Origin: Candidatus Poribacteria bacterium
Lineage (GTDB): Bacteria > Poribacteria > WGA-4E > WGA-3G
Assembly: GCA_963667805.1 (NCBI GenBank)
Contig: OY764016.1
Coordinates: 2,346,998 to 2,410,997, forward strand
Length of the DNA stretch: 64,000 nucleotides
Reading direction: 5' to 3'
Positions 8,238 through 17,862 of the stretch are shown in pieces. The position numbers were made by a program, and so were the translations under genes. Each line of letters starts with the position of its first letter. Position 1 is the first letter of the stretch. The notes beneath the pieces were generated by a model. It was not told where the DNA came from, did no database searches, and worked only from the letters and a program-made list of their open reading frames with translations.

Positions 8238-11200
8238 ATGGAGGAGTTGATGTCAGGATATTATAGATTTCCAACAATTGGTCAAGATACCATTGTTTTT
8301 GTCTGTGAAGATGATTTGTGGAGTGTTCCAACCGAAGGTGGAATTGCGCGGCGACTTACGTCAAATCTCGGTGCGACGAGTTCTCCACGCTTATCACCGG
8401 ATGGTGAACTACTTGCGTTCACGGGACGTGAAGAAGGTCCGTCAGAAGTGTATGTGATGCCCGCGCTCGGCGGCGAAGCAAAGCGACTCACTTATCAGGG
8501 GAGCAACGCTGCTATTGTCGACTGGGATGCCGATAGCAAGACGATTCTCTATGCCAGTAATGCGGGGTTGGCATTTGATCCGTGGATATGGAAAATCTGT
8601 GCGGAGGGCGGCGAACCGCAACGTTTATCCTACGGTCCTGCGAACCATATCGATTTCAGCGGTGATGGGGGCGTTGTCCTCGGTAGATTGACCCGTGAAC
8701 CTGCGCGCTGGAAACGCTACCGCGGCGGCACTGCCGGACAAATCTGGATTGATCCCGAAGGGGATGGACAATTTCAACCGCTCGCGCCCGTAGATAGCAA
8801 TTTCACGACACCGATGTGGATCGGTGAACGTATCTATTTTATTTCTGACCATGAGGGTGTTGGCAATATCTATTCCTGCCTCCCGACGGGTGAAGACATT
8901 CAACGCCATACACATCAGGATACCTACTACTGTCGTTCCGCGCAGACGGATGGCACGCGTATTGTCTACCACGCCGGTGCCGATCTGTTTGTTTATGAAA
9001 TTGGGAACGACACTGAAACCCGTGTTGATGTCGAATTTCGAAGCCCACGGACCCAGCGGCAGCGAAAGTTCGTCAGCCCATCATATTATCTGCAAGATTA
9101 TGCCCCGACCCCGGACGGTCACGCATTGGCAGTGACGGTTCGAGGGAAACCCTTTACGATGGCGAATTGGGAAGGCGCAGTACTCCAACACGGCGAGCGC
9201 AACGGAATACGCTATCGCTTTACGGAGTGGCTCAATGACGGTAAGCGTCTTGTTACGCTCTCCGATGCTGAGGGCGAAGAGGCACTTGAAATCCATACAC
9301 GTGATGGGAGCGCTGAGATTCTTCGGCTTGACGCGCTTGACATCGGACATGTTCGGCAACTTGCGGTCGCCCCGCAAACCGAAGGCGATGAGAAGGATCA
9401 GCTGCTTCTTATCAATAATCGTCTTGAACTTTTACACATTGATTTAGAGACACAAGAGATGCGGGTACTCGACAAAGGGCATTATCAGAATATCCGAGAT
9501 GTCGCGTGGTCGCCTGATGGTAAATGGTGTGCGTATAGTTTTGCCTCCACAGAAACCACGCGTTCAATCAAACTCTGCAAGATTGAAACGGGTGAGACGT
9601 GGTTCGTTACGGATCCAGAATTCAACGATTTCGGTCCAGCGTGGGATCCAGAGGGGCAGTATCTCTATTTTCTCTCTTACCGCGAGTTCAATCCGATCTA
9701 CGATGCACTCCACTTCGATCTTGGGTTTCCTACGGCAATGCGTCCGTTGTTGGTGACCTTGCAAAAAACCTTGGGCCATCCGTTCATCCCTGAACCTCGT
9801 CCGCTTGAGGAAGAGAAAGAGGATAAAGATGAAGGAGAGGCGAGACAGGATGACGAGGATAAGGCATCTGATGAGAAATCTGAGCAGAAGCCGGAGAAAC
9901 GCATCACAATAGATCTGGAAGGCATTACACAGCGCGTCGTCGCCTTCCCGTATCCGCACGGACATTATGGGCAAATCGCTGGTATTGAAGGCAAAGCACT
10001 TTTTACGGCGTTTCCGGTCCAAGATACACCCCCAGACGATGATGATGACAGCAGACCGAGAGGTGTGCTCCATGCCTACGACTTCAAAGAACAGAAAAAG
10101 GAGAGACTGGTCTCCGGCATTAATGATTTTCAACTTTCGCGTGATGCGAAAACGCTTGTCTATTCCACTGGAAATCGGTTGCGCGTTATCAAGGCAGGCA
10201 AAAAGACTGAAGGCGATTCCAAGTCTGGGAGTCGGGGCGGTCCGAGTCGACAGACGGGTTGGATTGACCTGAGTCGGGTCAAAGCCTCCGTCGTTCCAAC
10301 GGCTGAGTGGCATCAGATGTATCGGGAGGCGTGGCGGCTTCAGCGGGATTACTTCTGGACAGAGGATATGTCGGATGTGAATTGGGAGCATGTGTATCAA
10401 CGGTATCTACCGCTCCTTGAACGGATCGCAACGCGCGGTGAATTTTCGGATTTGATGTGGGAGATGCAGGGGGAACTCGGCACCTCACATGCGTATGAAA
10501 TGGGTGGGGACTATCGGAACTCACCGAATTATGCGCAAGGATTTCTCGGTGCGGATTTCGCTTACGATGCGGAAAGCAATGGGTATCGCATCACGCACAT
10601 CCCGCGCGGCGACGGCTGGGAGTCAACAAAGGATTCCCCACTGAATGCCCCCGGCATTAATGTCCGAGAAGGCGATATTCTGCTTGCTATTGCCGGACAG
10701 CGTGTCAGCGAAACGGTTTCACCGGGTGAACTGCTCGTGAGTCTCGCAAATCAGGAGGTTCAAGCGATCTTCCGAAACGCAAACGACGGTGAGGAACGCG
10801 TCGTCACACTCAAAGTGCTGCAAAGTGAAAGCCAGCTTCGGTATCGCGAATGGGTATCCAAAAATCGGCGGTATGTCCATGAAAAAACGGAGGGTAAAGT
10901 CGGGTATGTGCACATTCCTGATATGGGACGCCGTGGGTATGCGGAGTTTCACCGCGGGTTTCTCGCTGAGGTGAGTTATCCCGGTCTGTTGGTCGATGTC
11001 CGCTACAATGGGGGTGGACATGTTTCGCAACTGCTTTTAGAGAAGTTATCTCGCCGTCGGATTGGGTATGACGTTCCACGGTGGGGCACACCGCATCCAT
11101 ATCCAGATGCCTCTGTTTTGGGTCCGATGGTGGCTGTCACGAACGAGAACGCGGGTTCCGATGGCGATATTTTCTCGCACTGTTTCAAGTTGATGGAGTT

Positions 11201-11516
11201 GGGATTACTCATCGGCAAGCGGACATGGGGGGGTGTTATCGGTATCTCACCGCATCAGGCGTTTGTGGATAGAGGGGGCACGACGCAGCCGGAGTATTCA
11301 TTCTGGTTCGTTGATGTTGGCTGGAGCGTCGAGAACTACGGGACTGACCCGGATATAGAGGTGGACTATCGTCCACAAGATTATGCGACAGAGGGCGACC
11401 CGCAGCTGGACCGTGCAATTGAGGAACTCCTCCGCCAGATGGAGGAGAATCCGCCCGAAGTTCCGGATTTCGGGGAGCGTCCGCGTTTGACATTGCCCAC
11501 GCTGCCGAAGGTGTGA
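8238..11516 (+). CDS. tri: tricorn protease homolog (beta-propeller + PDZ + S41 peptidase)
   Basis: 1092 aa; PD40-like propeller repeats, PDZ region, C-terminal S41 catalytic region (VDVRYNGGGHVSQ, NENAGSDGDIF); acidic low-complexity insert at about 9790-9900. Confidence 0.75.
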   Translation: MEELMSGYYRFPTIGQDTIVFVCEDDLWSVPTEGGIARRLTSNLGATSSPRLSPDGELLAFTGREEGPSEVYVMPALGGEAKRLTYQGSNAAIVDWDADSKTILYASNAGLAFDPWIWKICAEGGEPQRLSYGPANHIDFSGDGGVVLGRLTREPARWKRYRGGTAGQIWIDPEGDGQFQPLAPVDSNFTTPMWIGERIYFISDHEGVGNIYSCLPTGEDIQRHTHQDTYYCRSAQTDGTRIVYHAGADLFVYEIGNDTETRVDVEFRSPRTQRQRKFVSPSYYLQDYAPTPDGHALAVTVRGKPFTMANWEGAVLQHGERNGIRYRFTEWLNDGKRLVTLSDAEGEEALEIHTRDGSAEILRLDALDIGHVRQLAVAPQTEGDEKDQLLLINNRLELLHIDLETQEMRVLDKGHYQNIRDVAWSPDGKWCAYSFASTETTRSIKLCKIETGETWFVTDPEFNDFGPAWDPEGQYLYFLSYREFNPIYDALHFDLGFPTAMRPLLVTLQKTLGHPFIPEPRPLEEEKEDKDEGEARQDDEDKASDEKSEQKPEKRITIDLEGITQRVVAFPYPHGHYGQIAGIEGKALFTAFPVQDTPPDDDDDSRPRGVLHAYDFKEQKKERLVSGINDFQLSRDAKTLVYSTGNRLRVIKAGKKTEGDSKSGSRGGPSRQTGWIDLSRVKASVVPTAEWHQMYREAWRLQRDYFWTEDMSDVNWEHVYQRYLPLLERIATRGEFSDLMWEMQGELGTSHAYEMGGDYRNSPNYAQGFLGADFAYDAESNGYRITHIPRGDGWESTKDSPLNAPGINVREGDILLAIAGQRVSETVSPGELLVSLANQEVQAIFRNANDGEERVVTLKVLQSESQLRYREWVSKNRRYVHEKTEGKVGYVHIPDMGRRGYAEFHRGFLAEVSYPGLLVDVRYNGGGHVSQLLLEKLSRRRIGYDVPRWGTPHPYPDASVLGPMVAVTNENAGSDGDIFSHCFKLMELGLLIGKRTWGGVIGISPHQAFVDRGGTTQPEYSFWFVDVGWSVENYGTDPDIEVDYRPQDYATEGDPQLDRAIEELLRQMEENPPEVPDFGERPRLTLPTLPKV

Positions 11517-11612
11517 TATGAGCGAACACAGTTTTCCCTACCCTAATTGGTCGGCGCAGGTTCTAACCTCGCTAATGAATGGTGATGCCGACAGATTATT
11601 TGTGGATAGCCT

Positions 11613-11649
11613 GGAGCGGTTAGGAAACCGCTCCTACCGTGGCTGAGGG
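11613..11649. repeat. hairpin repeat family 2 (GGAGCGGTT-loop-AACCGCTCC + TACCGnGnCTGnGG tail)
   Basis: GGAGCGGTTAGGAAACCGCTCCTACCGTGGCTGAGGG; 9-bp perfect stem; second copy at 56068..56102. Confidence 0.7.
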
Positions 11650-11685
11650 TTGAACTGCTAATTTGAGAAGAAAGACTATAAAAAC

Positions 11686-12888
11686 ATGCGTATACTTTGT
11701 GCGAACGTAGGGAGCACCTCGTTCAAATACCAAATCATTGATATGGAAACCACGACCTCTCTCGTCAAAGGAGGTGTGGAACGTATCGGTAATTCACCAT
11801 CTGCTTTTACACACGCGGTGCCGGGCAAGCCGTCCCGTGAAGGTGAAATTGATGCGCCGACACATACTGCGGCGATTGCGCACGCCATGGATCTAATCAC
11901 CGATGCCGAAGTCGGATGCTTGGAAGACTTGGGGCAATTGGACGGTGTCGGGTTCAAAACCATTCTTGCCCGAGGGTACTGGCGTTCCGCCCGGATTACC
12001 GAAGATGTGATAACCGCGCTGGAGACATCTATACCGCTCGCACCGATGCATAACCCCGCATATATCGCCTCTATCCGTGCCTTTCAGGAGTTGCTTCCCA
12101 CAACCCCGCTCGTCGCAGTCTTTGAGACGTGGTTCCATCAGACGATTCCGGATTACGCCGCCGAATTCGGTGTGCCTCGCTTCTGGGTGGAACAGCACGA
12201 CATCCGTCGTTACGGCTATCACGGGGCTTCACACCGATACATCTCTGAACGCGTGCCGCAATTGCTCGGACGGGAAACAGGGGACGGGTTACGCATTATC
12301 TCTTGCCATCTCGGTGGAAGTTCCTCTCTCTGTGCTATAAAAGACGGAGAATCTATGGATACGTCCATGGGCACGTCTACGCAATACGGGATGATTCAGT
12401 CTACCCGTTGTGGCGAGTTAGACGCGTTTGCAGTGCTGTATATGATCGACAAAGAGGGATTCTCTACGGATGAAATTCGTCGTCAATTGGTTGAAGATTC
12501 CGGCTTGAAAGGGATCTCTGGCACGAGCGGTGATATGCGTGATATAGAGGCTGCGATTGAGGTAGGAAACGATGATGCCCGATTGGCACTGGAGACTTAC
12601 GTTTACGGTGTAAAAAAATATATCGGTGCGTATATCGCTGCGCTTGGCGGCGTGGATGTGATCGCTTTTGCTGGAGGTATCGGCGAGAAAAGCCCCATCA
12701 CGCGAGCGAAGATCTGTGAGGGACTGGAATGGTGCGGTATCCATTTAGATGCCGTAAAGAATGCGCAATTGACAGGCGAAGTCGATCTCTCAGCGGCTAA
12801 CAGTCGTGCCAAAATTCTGGTTGTTGCTACGAATGAGGAATTGATCGTTTCACGTGAGACGGCGCGGGTTCTCAAAGCGCACGATTGA
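11686..12888 (+). CDS. ackA: acetate kinase
   Basis: MRILCANVGSTSFKYQI N-terminus, ISCHLGGSSSLCAIKDGESMDTSMG and YGYHGASHRY motifs. Confidence 0.9.
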   Translation: MRILCANVGSTSFKYQIIDMETTTSLVKGGVERIGNSPSAFTHAVPGKPSREGEIDAPTHTAAIAHAMDLITDAEVGCLEDLGQLDGVGFKTILARGYWRSARITEDVITALETSIPLAPMHNPAYIASIRAFQELLPTTPLVAVFETWFHQTIPDYAAEFGVPRFWVEQHDIRRYGYHGASHRYISERVPQLLGRETGDGLRIISCHLGGSSSLCAIKDGESMDTSMGTSTQYGMIQSTRCGELDAFAVLYMIDKEGFSTDEIRRQLVEDSGLKGISGTSGDMRDIEAAIEVGNDDARLALETYVYGVKKYIGAYIAALGGVDVIAFAGGIGEKSPITRAKICEGLEWCGIHLDAVKNAQLTGEVDLSAANSRAKILVVATNEELIVSRETARVLKAHD

Positions 12889-12895
12889 AGATCGT

Positions 12896-13690
12896 TCACA
12901 TCAAGTATTCTCGTTCCCGGAAAATTCGGATGGCGAGCCACAGCAGCACGACTGTCAGTATAAAGATTACCAGAAGTGCTACCCACGCGGATAGCGGTGA
13001 GGTTCCTAAGACTGCATTGAAATCGCTTCGAGGGAGTTTATAACGGGGAAATAGCGTAAAAAGATAGTGTGATATAGAGAGTCTCTTGATTCCCGTCGCC
13101 ATAATTGGCGCTGTGGTGATACTTTCCCACCCCATCAAATAGAGCAGTCCCCACAGGACTGGATTTTTGAATTTAGCTGCCAGCAGTGCAGCGAGTGCCC
13201 CGTAAATTAACAGGGCTAATGCCATTGAAGCGGTGTAACGTAGGCTCATACCCAACTGGAAAAGCACACCGTTCTGTAGTTTTGGGTGTGTTATCATAAT
13301 GCCAGTCAGAATCAGATGAGATGTTCCGATAAGCGTAATCGTCCCGACGAGGTACGCGGCGAATTTGCTGAGGAGAATCGTTGATCTGTGGAGCGGGCGC
13401 ATCTGAAGATACGTCAAACCTTTTCCGTCGATCTCATCTGAGATGATTGCGGTGCCGTAGAAAATTGCGGATAGGTTCACCAAGAGTCCATAAAGTGCCA
13501 ATGTTATCTGTGGGATGAATCGGTTGACACTTCCACTCCCTTGCGCCATAAACCTAAATGCGAGTGCTATGGCAAGTGATAGTAAACATCCAAGCAGAAT
13601 CAGGACAGTTCGCTTACTCCAAAACATTTGACGGAGTGTCACTTTAAAGAGTGAGAAATAGGCAGGGAACGATTTTGTGTTGAGAGACAT
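12896..13690 (-). CDS. ABC-2 family-like polytopic membrane protein (orphan permease)
   Basis: 264 aa, about 6 TM helices, ABC-2 permease-like; no adjacent ATPase. Confidence 0.4.
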   Translation of the reverse strand: MSLNTKSFPAYFSLFKVTLRQMFWSKRTVLILLGCLLSLAIALAFRFMAQGSGSVNRFIPQITLALYGLLVNLSAIFYGTAIISDEIDGKGLTYLQMRPLHRSTILLSKFAAYLVGTITLIGTSHLILTGIMITHPKLQNGVLFQLGMSLRYTASMALALLIYGALAALLAAKFKNPVLWGLLYLMGWESITTAPIMATGIKRLSISHYLFTLFPRYKLPRSDFNAVLGTSPLSAWVALLVIFILTVVLLWLAIRIFREREYLM

Positions 13691-13928
13691 TTATAACCTT
13701 TCAGTCGATGAGAATCTTAGATAATATTAACATTAATTTTGAGGTTTCGCAAGTTTTCTTTCGGATCATAGGTGTTAATTATCAGCCATTAGCAGTCAAC
13801 AACAGAGGGATACTGCTGATAGAAACCAAAAACTGAATGGCTTTCTGGGGATAGCAAACTTTTCTTGCATTCCGTTTATACCTATGTTATCCTATTTACA
13901 CAGAAACAGGTAATAGGGGAACAAAACG

Positions 13929-14735
13929 ATGAAATTAGGTTTATGCACCATTGCCTTTCAGGAAAAACCGCTGGAAGAGGTCATCGATATAGCGGCAGAT
14001 TACGGCTTTGATGGCATCGAGATTTGGGGGAAGCCGCCCCATCTGCCAGCCGACTACGACGAAAATTACGTCAAAAACGTTAGGGACATGGCGCACCAGA
14101 AGGGATTGTCGATTTCAGCGTTCGGCTCTTATGTGGAACCGTTAATGGACCTACACCAGCAACATTTCGAGGAAGCCTTCAAGATCGCGCATGAATTAGG
14201 CACAGATCTCGTCAGAATTTGGTCTGGTGGCGGGCCCTCCAAATCCATCGCGCCTTCCGATAAACGCCTGATTCTCTTCCGCTTGGTAAGCCTTGCCCAA
14301 TGGGCAAATTTCCGAAATATTCGACTTGGACTCGAAATGCACAATAACCATCTCACCGACAATGTCGCCAGCATCTTGGAGGCGATTGGAGGGGTGGGCG
14401 TGCCTTCACTGCGAACTTACTATCAACCTCTTTCACGTTCGGATGCCGACGAACCACATACTGCCGCTGAAAAACTCGCTGAACATATCGTAAACGTCCA
14501 CGCTCAAAATTTTGACGAAACCGGAAAAGGATGTCCCATCGCAGACGGTGTGGTGGATTATACCCGAATCGTTGAAACGCTGAACACAGCGGGATACGAT
14601 GGATACTTAGAGGTAGAATTCGTCCATGGTGATAACAAATTGGAAGCCCTTCAACGCGATCGCGACTACCTTGCGAGTTTAATCAACACCACAAATGGGG
14701 AAATGCTGAAGGATCTTAACATCGCACCCGTCTAA
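13929..14735 (+). CDS. sugar phosphate isomerase/epimerase (xylose isomerase-like TIM barrel)
   Basis: GFDGIEIW, LGLEMHNNHL, YDGYLEVEF motifs. Confidence 0.75.
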   Translation: MKLGLCTIAFQEKPLEEVIDIAADYGFDGIEIWGKPPHLPADYDENYVKNVRDMAHQKGLSISAFGSYVEPLMDLHQQHFEEAFKIAHELGTDLVRIWSGGGPSKSIAPSDKRLILFRLVSLAQWANFRNIRLGLEMHNNHLTDNVASILEAIGGVGVPSLRTYYQPLSRSDADEPHTAAEKLAEHIVNVHAQNFDETGKGCPIADGVVDYTRIVETLNTAGYDGYLEVEFVHGDNKLEALQRDRDYLASLINTTNGEMLKDLNIAPV

Positions 14736-14778
14736 AGTTGATATAAATAAGTCTTAAAACATAGAAACGGGGATCCGC

Positions 14779-15435
14779 ATGCGGTTAGAAGTTGGCATCA
14801 TCGCACTGGTAGAAGAGGTCTTCGGAATAACAGCAGACCGCCGGACCCAATTTGACTGGCTTCGGAATAAACCACGATCCAAAGATTTCGGTGCGCATTA
14901 CGATACCGTGATGGCACTCTATGCTGAATTAGACGGGGACTGGCAGCGCACAACGGAGAAAGCTGATGGTTACCTAATTCCCGATGCCTATTTCCCGGAA
15001 CCGTATCACTTTATCTTTGAATTTGACGAACTTCAACATTTTACACACTATCGAGAGCAGACCCTCCGGTTCTACCCAGCGGACATCCCGCTCGCTTATG
15101 AACCGCAGAAATACCGTCAGTTTTGCCGACAACACCACGTGGCAGCACTCGCAAAAGGACCGGATCGGTTTCGGCGGCACACAGCGGATTTTCCATACGT
15201 CAACGGTCGCGCCGCACAACGCGCTTTCTTCGATACGTTTCGGGACTGGCTACCCCCCCTGCACGGTCTCAATCCAACCGTGAGGTTAGCCGAATTTGAA
15301 GTATCATCTATTCTCAATGGACAATTAACAGGAGATGCCGCAAGGACCTATATGGAACGTTTATTGTGCGAACGCCTTAAAATAGCTTCAACCGCTACAA
15401 AAAACACAAAAGGTAGGATAAACACAACTACATGA
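14779..15435 (+). CDS. hypothetical protein
   Basis: 218-aa ORF without recognised motifs; stop overlaps start of downstream cysteine synthase-like gene (ATGA), suggesting translational coupling. Confidence 0.5.
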   Translation: MRLEVGIIALVEEVFGITADRRTQFDWLRNKPRSKDFGAHYDTVMALYAELDGDWQRTTEKADGYLIPDAYFPEPYHFIFEFDELQHFTHYREQTLRFYPADIPLAYEPQKYRQFCRQHHVAALAKGPDRFRRHTADFPYVNGRAAQRAFFDTFRDWLPPLHGLNPTVRLAEFEVSSILNGQLTGDAARTYMERLLCERLKIASTATKNTKGRINTTT

Positions 15436-16361
15436 GCAAGCGAAAGCCTGAAAAGGTGAATCTTTCAGAATATCCACTGCTTCAGATAATAGGACAAACA
15501 CCGCTCGCTAAAATAGATCTTTTTGCAAACGAGTTGCCGAACGTTGATATCTACGCGAAGGTGGAAACCTACAACCCCGGCGGCTCGATTAAAGATCGAC
15601 CGGTCTTAAGGATGCTCACTGAGGCGATTGCATCGGGAGAACTCACACGCGAAAAAGTTATCCTCGACTCCAGCTCCGGCAATGCAGGGATTGCTTACGC
15701 GATGATAGGTGCCACACTCGGCTACAAAGTCGAACTCGTGATCCCGGACAACGCCAGCGAAGAACGAAAAAAACGGATCCACTCACACGGTGCAGACATC
15801 ATCTATACGGATGCTATCCTCGGTTACGATGAAGCCCTCCGAGAAGTCGATCGGCGTTATGAAGCGGATCCTGAGCGGTATTTCTTCAAATCGCAATACG
15901 AAAACGACAACAACTGGCGCGCCCATTATGAAACAACGGGTGTCGAAATTTGGAACCAGACAGGCGGAAAAGTTACACACTTTGTCGCAGGTGTGGGAAC
16001 GGGTGGGACCATCACGGGTGCCGGTAGACGGCTTAAAAGTTATAATCCCGACATCCAAGTCTGTTCCATTTCACCAGAGGCGTTCCCAGGCATCGAAGGC
16101 CTTAAACCGCTCGGACATCCAGACGACATCGTTCCAGAAATCTTGGATGAATCCGTGATTGATTGCCGGATTCCTGCGACCATTGAAAATGCACACGAAA
16201 TGTGCAGTCGACTCGCACGACGGGGGTGGTTCGTCGGTCAATCTTCGGGTGGCTATCTCTACGGCGCGTATAAAGTTGCCCAACAAATTCAGGAAGGTGT
16301 TATCGTCACAGTGTTTAATGATTTGGGAGAACGCTATTTCAGTACAAGATTATGGGATTAA
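15432..16361 (+). CDS. PLP-dependent cysteine synthase family protein (CysM/CysK-like)
   Basis: PGGSIKDRP lysine-PLP motif, SSGNAGIA, GTGGTITG glycine loop. Confidence 0.85.
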   Translation: MSKRKPEKVNLSEYPLLQIIGQTPLAKIDLFANELPNVDIYAKVETYNPGGSIKDRPVLRMLTEAIASGELTREKVILDSSSGNAGIAYAMIGATLGYKVELVIPDNASEERKKRIHSHGADIIYTDAILGYDEALREVDRRYEADPERYFFKSQYENDNNWRAHYETTGVEIWNQTGGKVTHFVAGVGTGGTITGAGRRLKSYNPDIQVCSISPEAFPGIEGLKPLGHPDDIVPEILDESVIDCRIPATIENAHEMCSRLARRGWFVGQSSGGYLYGAYKVAQQIQEGVIVTVFNDLGERYFSTRLWD

Positions 16362-16412
16362 TTTTTAATAATTCGAAAGGCGTTCACTGTAGCGATAAGT
16401 TTCATTCTGAAT

Positions 16413-16435
16413 AAACCGCAAGGAAAATTATAAAT
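16413..16435 (-). repeat. repeat family 1, module A forming the translation initiation region of DUF1015 gene
   Basis: AAACCGCAAGGAAAATTATAAAT immediately followed by ATG; AAGGA to ATG spacing 11 nt. Confidence 0.7.
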
Positions 16436-17686
16436 ATGGAAACAACCGTTATTCCGTTTCGAGGCTTACGCTACAACGCGACTCAGGTGAAAAGCATTGA
16501 GAACGTCATCGCCCCTCCTTACGATGTCATCAAACCCGATGAGCGGGTCGCTTTAGAGGCACGCCACCCTGCCAATATCATTCGTTTAATCTTAAGCCAA
16601 CCGCAAGACAACGATACTGACCACGAAAACCAATATACCCGTGCCGCTGTCCGCATGAAGCAGTGGATTTCAGATGGCACGCTCGTCAGGGACACAACAC
16701 CCCGTTATTACATCTACGACCAATCCTTTAACGCTCCCGACGGAAAAAACTATACGCGTCGCGCCTTAATAGCACTCGTGAAACTCGAACCCTTTGAAAA
16801 TCGGGTGATCCTACCGCACGAAAAAACACATGCCGGACCGAAGGCGGACCGACTCAATCTCATGCGGGAATGTCACGCCAATCTCAGCCCTATCTTCCTC
16901 CTCTACGCCGACCCCGCAGGAGATATTGAACGGATAATGGAGAGTTTCACGGATAAAAACCAGCCCCAGATTGACTGTCCTGAAACCTTTGGAAGCACAC
17001 ACCGACTCTGGTGTTTAGACGACACAGAACGCAATCGTGAGATTCAGGCTCTTTTCTCAACAAAACCGCTCCTGATCGCTGATGGACATCACCGCTATGA
17101 AACCGCACTCGCTTTCCAAGATGAAATGGCGCAGCAGACATCAAAGGGTTACGGCTATATGATGGTGAACCTCGTCAGAATGGAATCACCGGGGTTGGCA
17201 GTCTTAGCAATCCATAGACTCCTGTCTAACCTCAATGCAGATCGGATCGCACACGCTATTGCGAAACTGCCAGAGACGTTTGAGGTGCATGAAATTGATA
17301 CACAGGCAGCCCTCATGGCACAATTGGATACGATAAGAGGGAAATCCCCTGCAGTTGGTATGTACACAGCAGACGACACCTACCGTCTGTTGATTCCGCA
17401 TTCAACGCTCCCGAATCAATTGGATGTAACGCTTGTTCAAGAAACCCTCATCAAAAATCTATTTCAGATTGAAACACTGGCGGAACACATCAGTTATACC
17501 GCATACACAGATGATGCCGTTGCACACGTGAAAGAAGGCACAGACAACGTCGCACTTCTGATGAACCCAACCCCCGTTGAACAGGTCTTAGATGTGGCTA
17601 TGGCAGGATCCACAATGCCACAGAAATCCACCTACTTCTATCCGAAGATGGCAACAGGGTTCGTTTTAAACCTGTTGCGTGTATAA
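16436..17686 (+). CDS. DUF1015 family protein
   Basis: 416 aa; IPFRGLRY N-terminus and ILPHEKTH...DRL.L motif typical of DUF1015; start preceded by module A (CCGCAAGGAAAATTATAAAT-ATG). Confidence 0.55.
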   Translation: METTVIPFRGLRYNATQVKSIENVIAPPYDVIKPDERVALEARHPANIIRLILSQPQDNDTDHENQYTRAAVRMKQWISDGTLVRDTTPRYYIYDQSFNAPDGKNYTRRALIALVKLEPFENRVILPHEKTHAGPKADRLNLMRECHANLSPIFLLYADPAGDIERIMESFTDKNQPQIDCPETFGSTHRLWCLDDTERNREIQALFSTKPLLIADGHHRYETALAFQDEMAQQTSKGYGYMMVNLVRMESPGLAVLAIHRLLSNLNADRIAHAIAKLPETFEVHEIDTQAALMAQLDTIRGKSPAVGMYTADDTYRLLIPHSTLPNQLDVTLVQETLIKNLFQIETLAEHISYTAYTDDAVAHVKEGTDNVALLMNPTPVEQVLDVAMAGSTMPQKSTYFYPKMATGFVLNLLRV

Positions 17687-17727
17687 CCGGAACGCAGCGG
17701 CACCGAGATGCCAAGAACTGTTCATCG

Positions 17728-17862
17728 AACCGTATCTGTAGAGCACAAAAAGCGCAGCTCGTAATGAAATGGAGGGGTTTTTGCTTGGGTGTTTCTTCAG
17801 ATTTGAGAAAAGAACGTGAAATTCCAGACACATGTTGTTTAACCGCAAGGAAAATTAAAAGA
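17728..17862 (-). repeat. intergenic repeat family 1, full copy (inverted), module A abuts ATG 17863
   Basis: GGAGGGGTTTTTGCTTGGGTGTTTCTTCAGATTTGAGAAAAG...AACCGCAAGGAAAATTAAAAGA collinear with reverse complement of copy 1512..1655. Confidence 0.75.
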
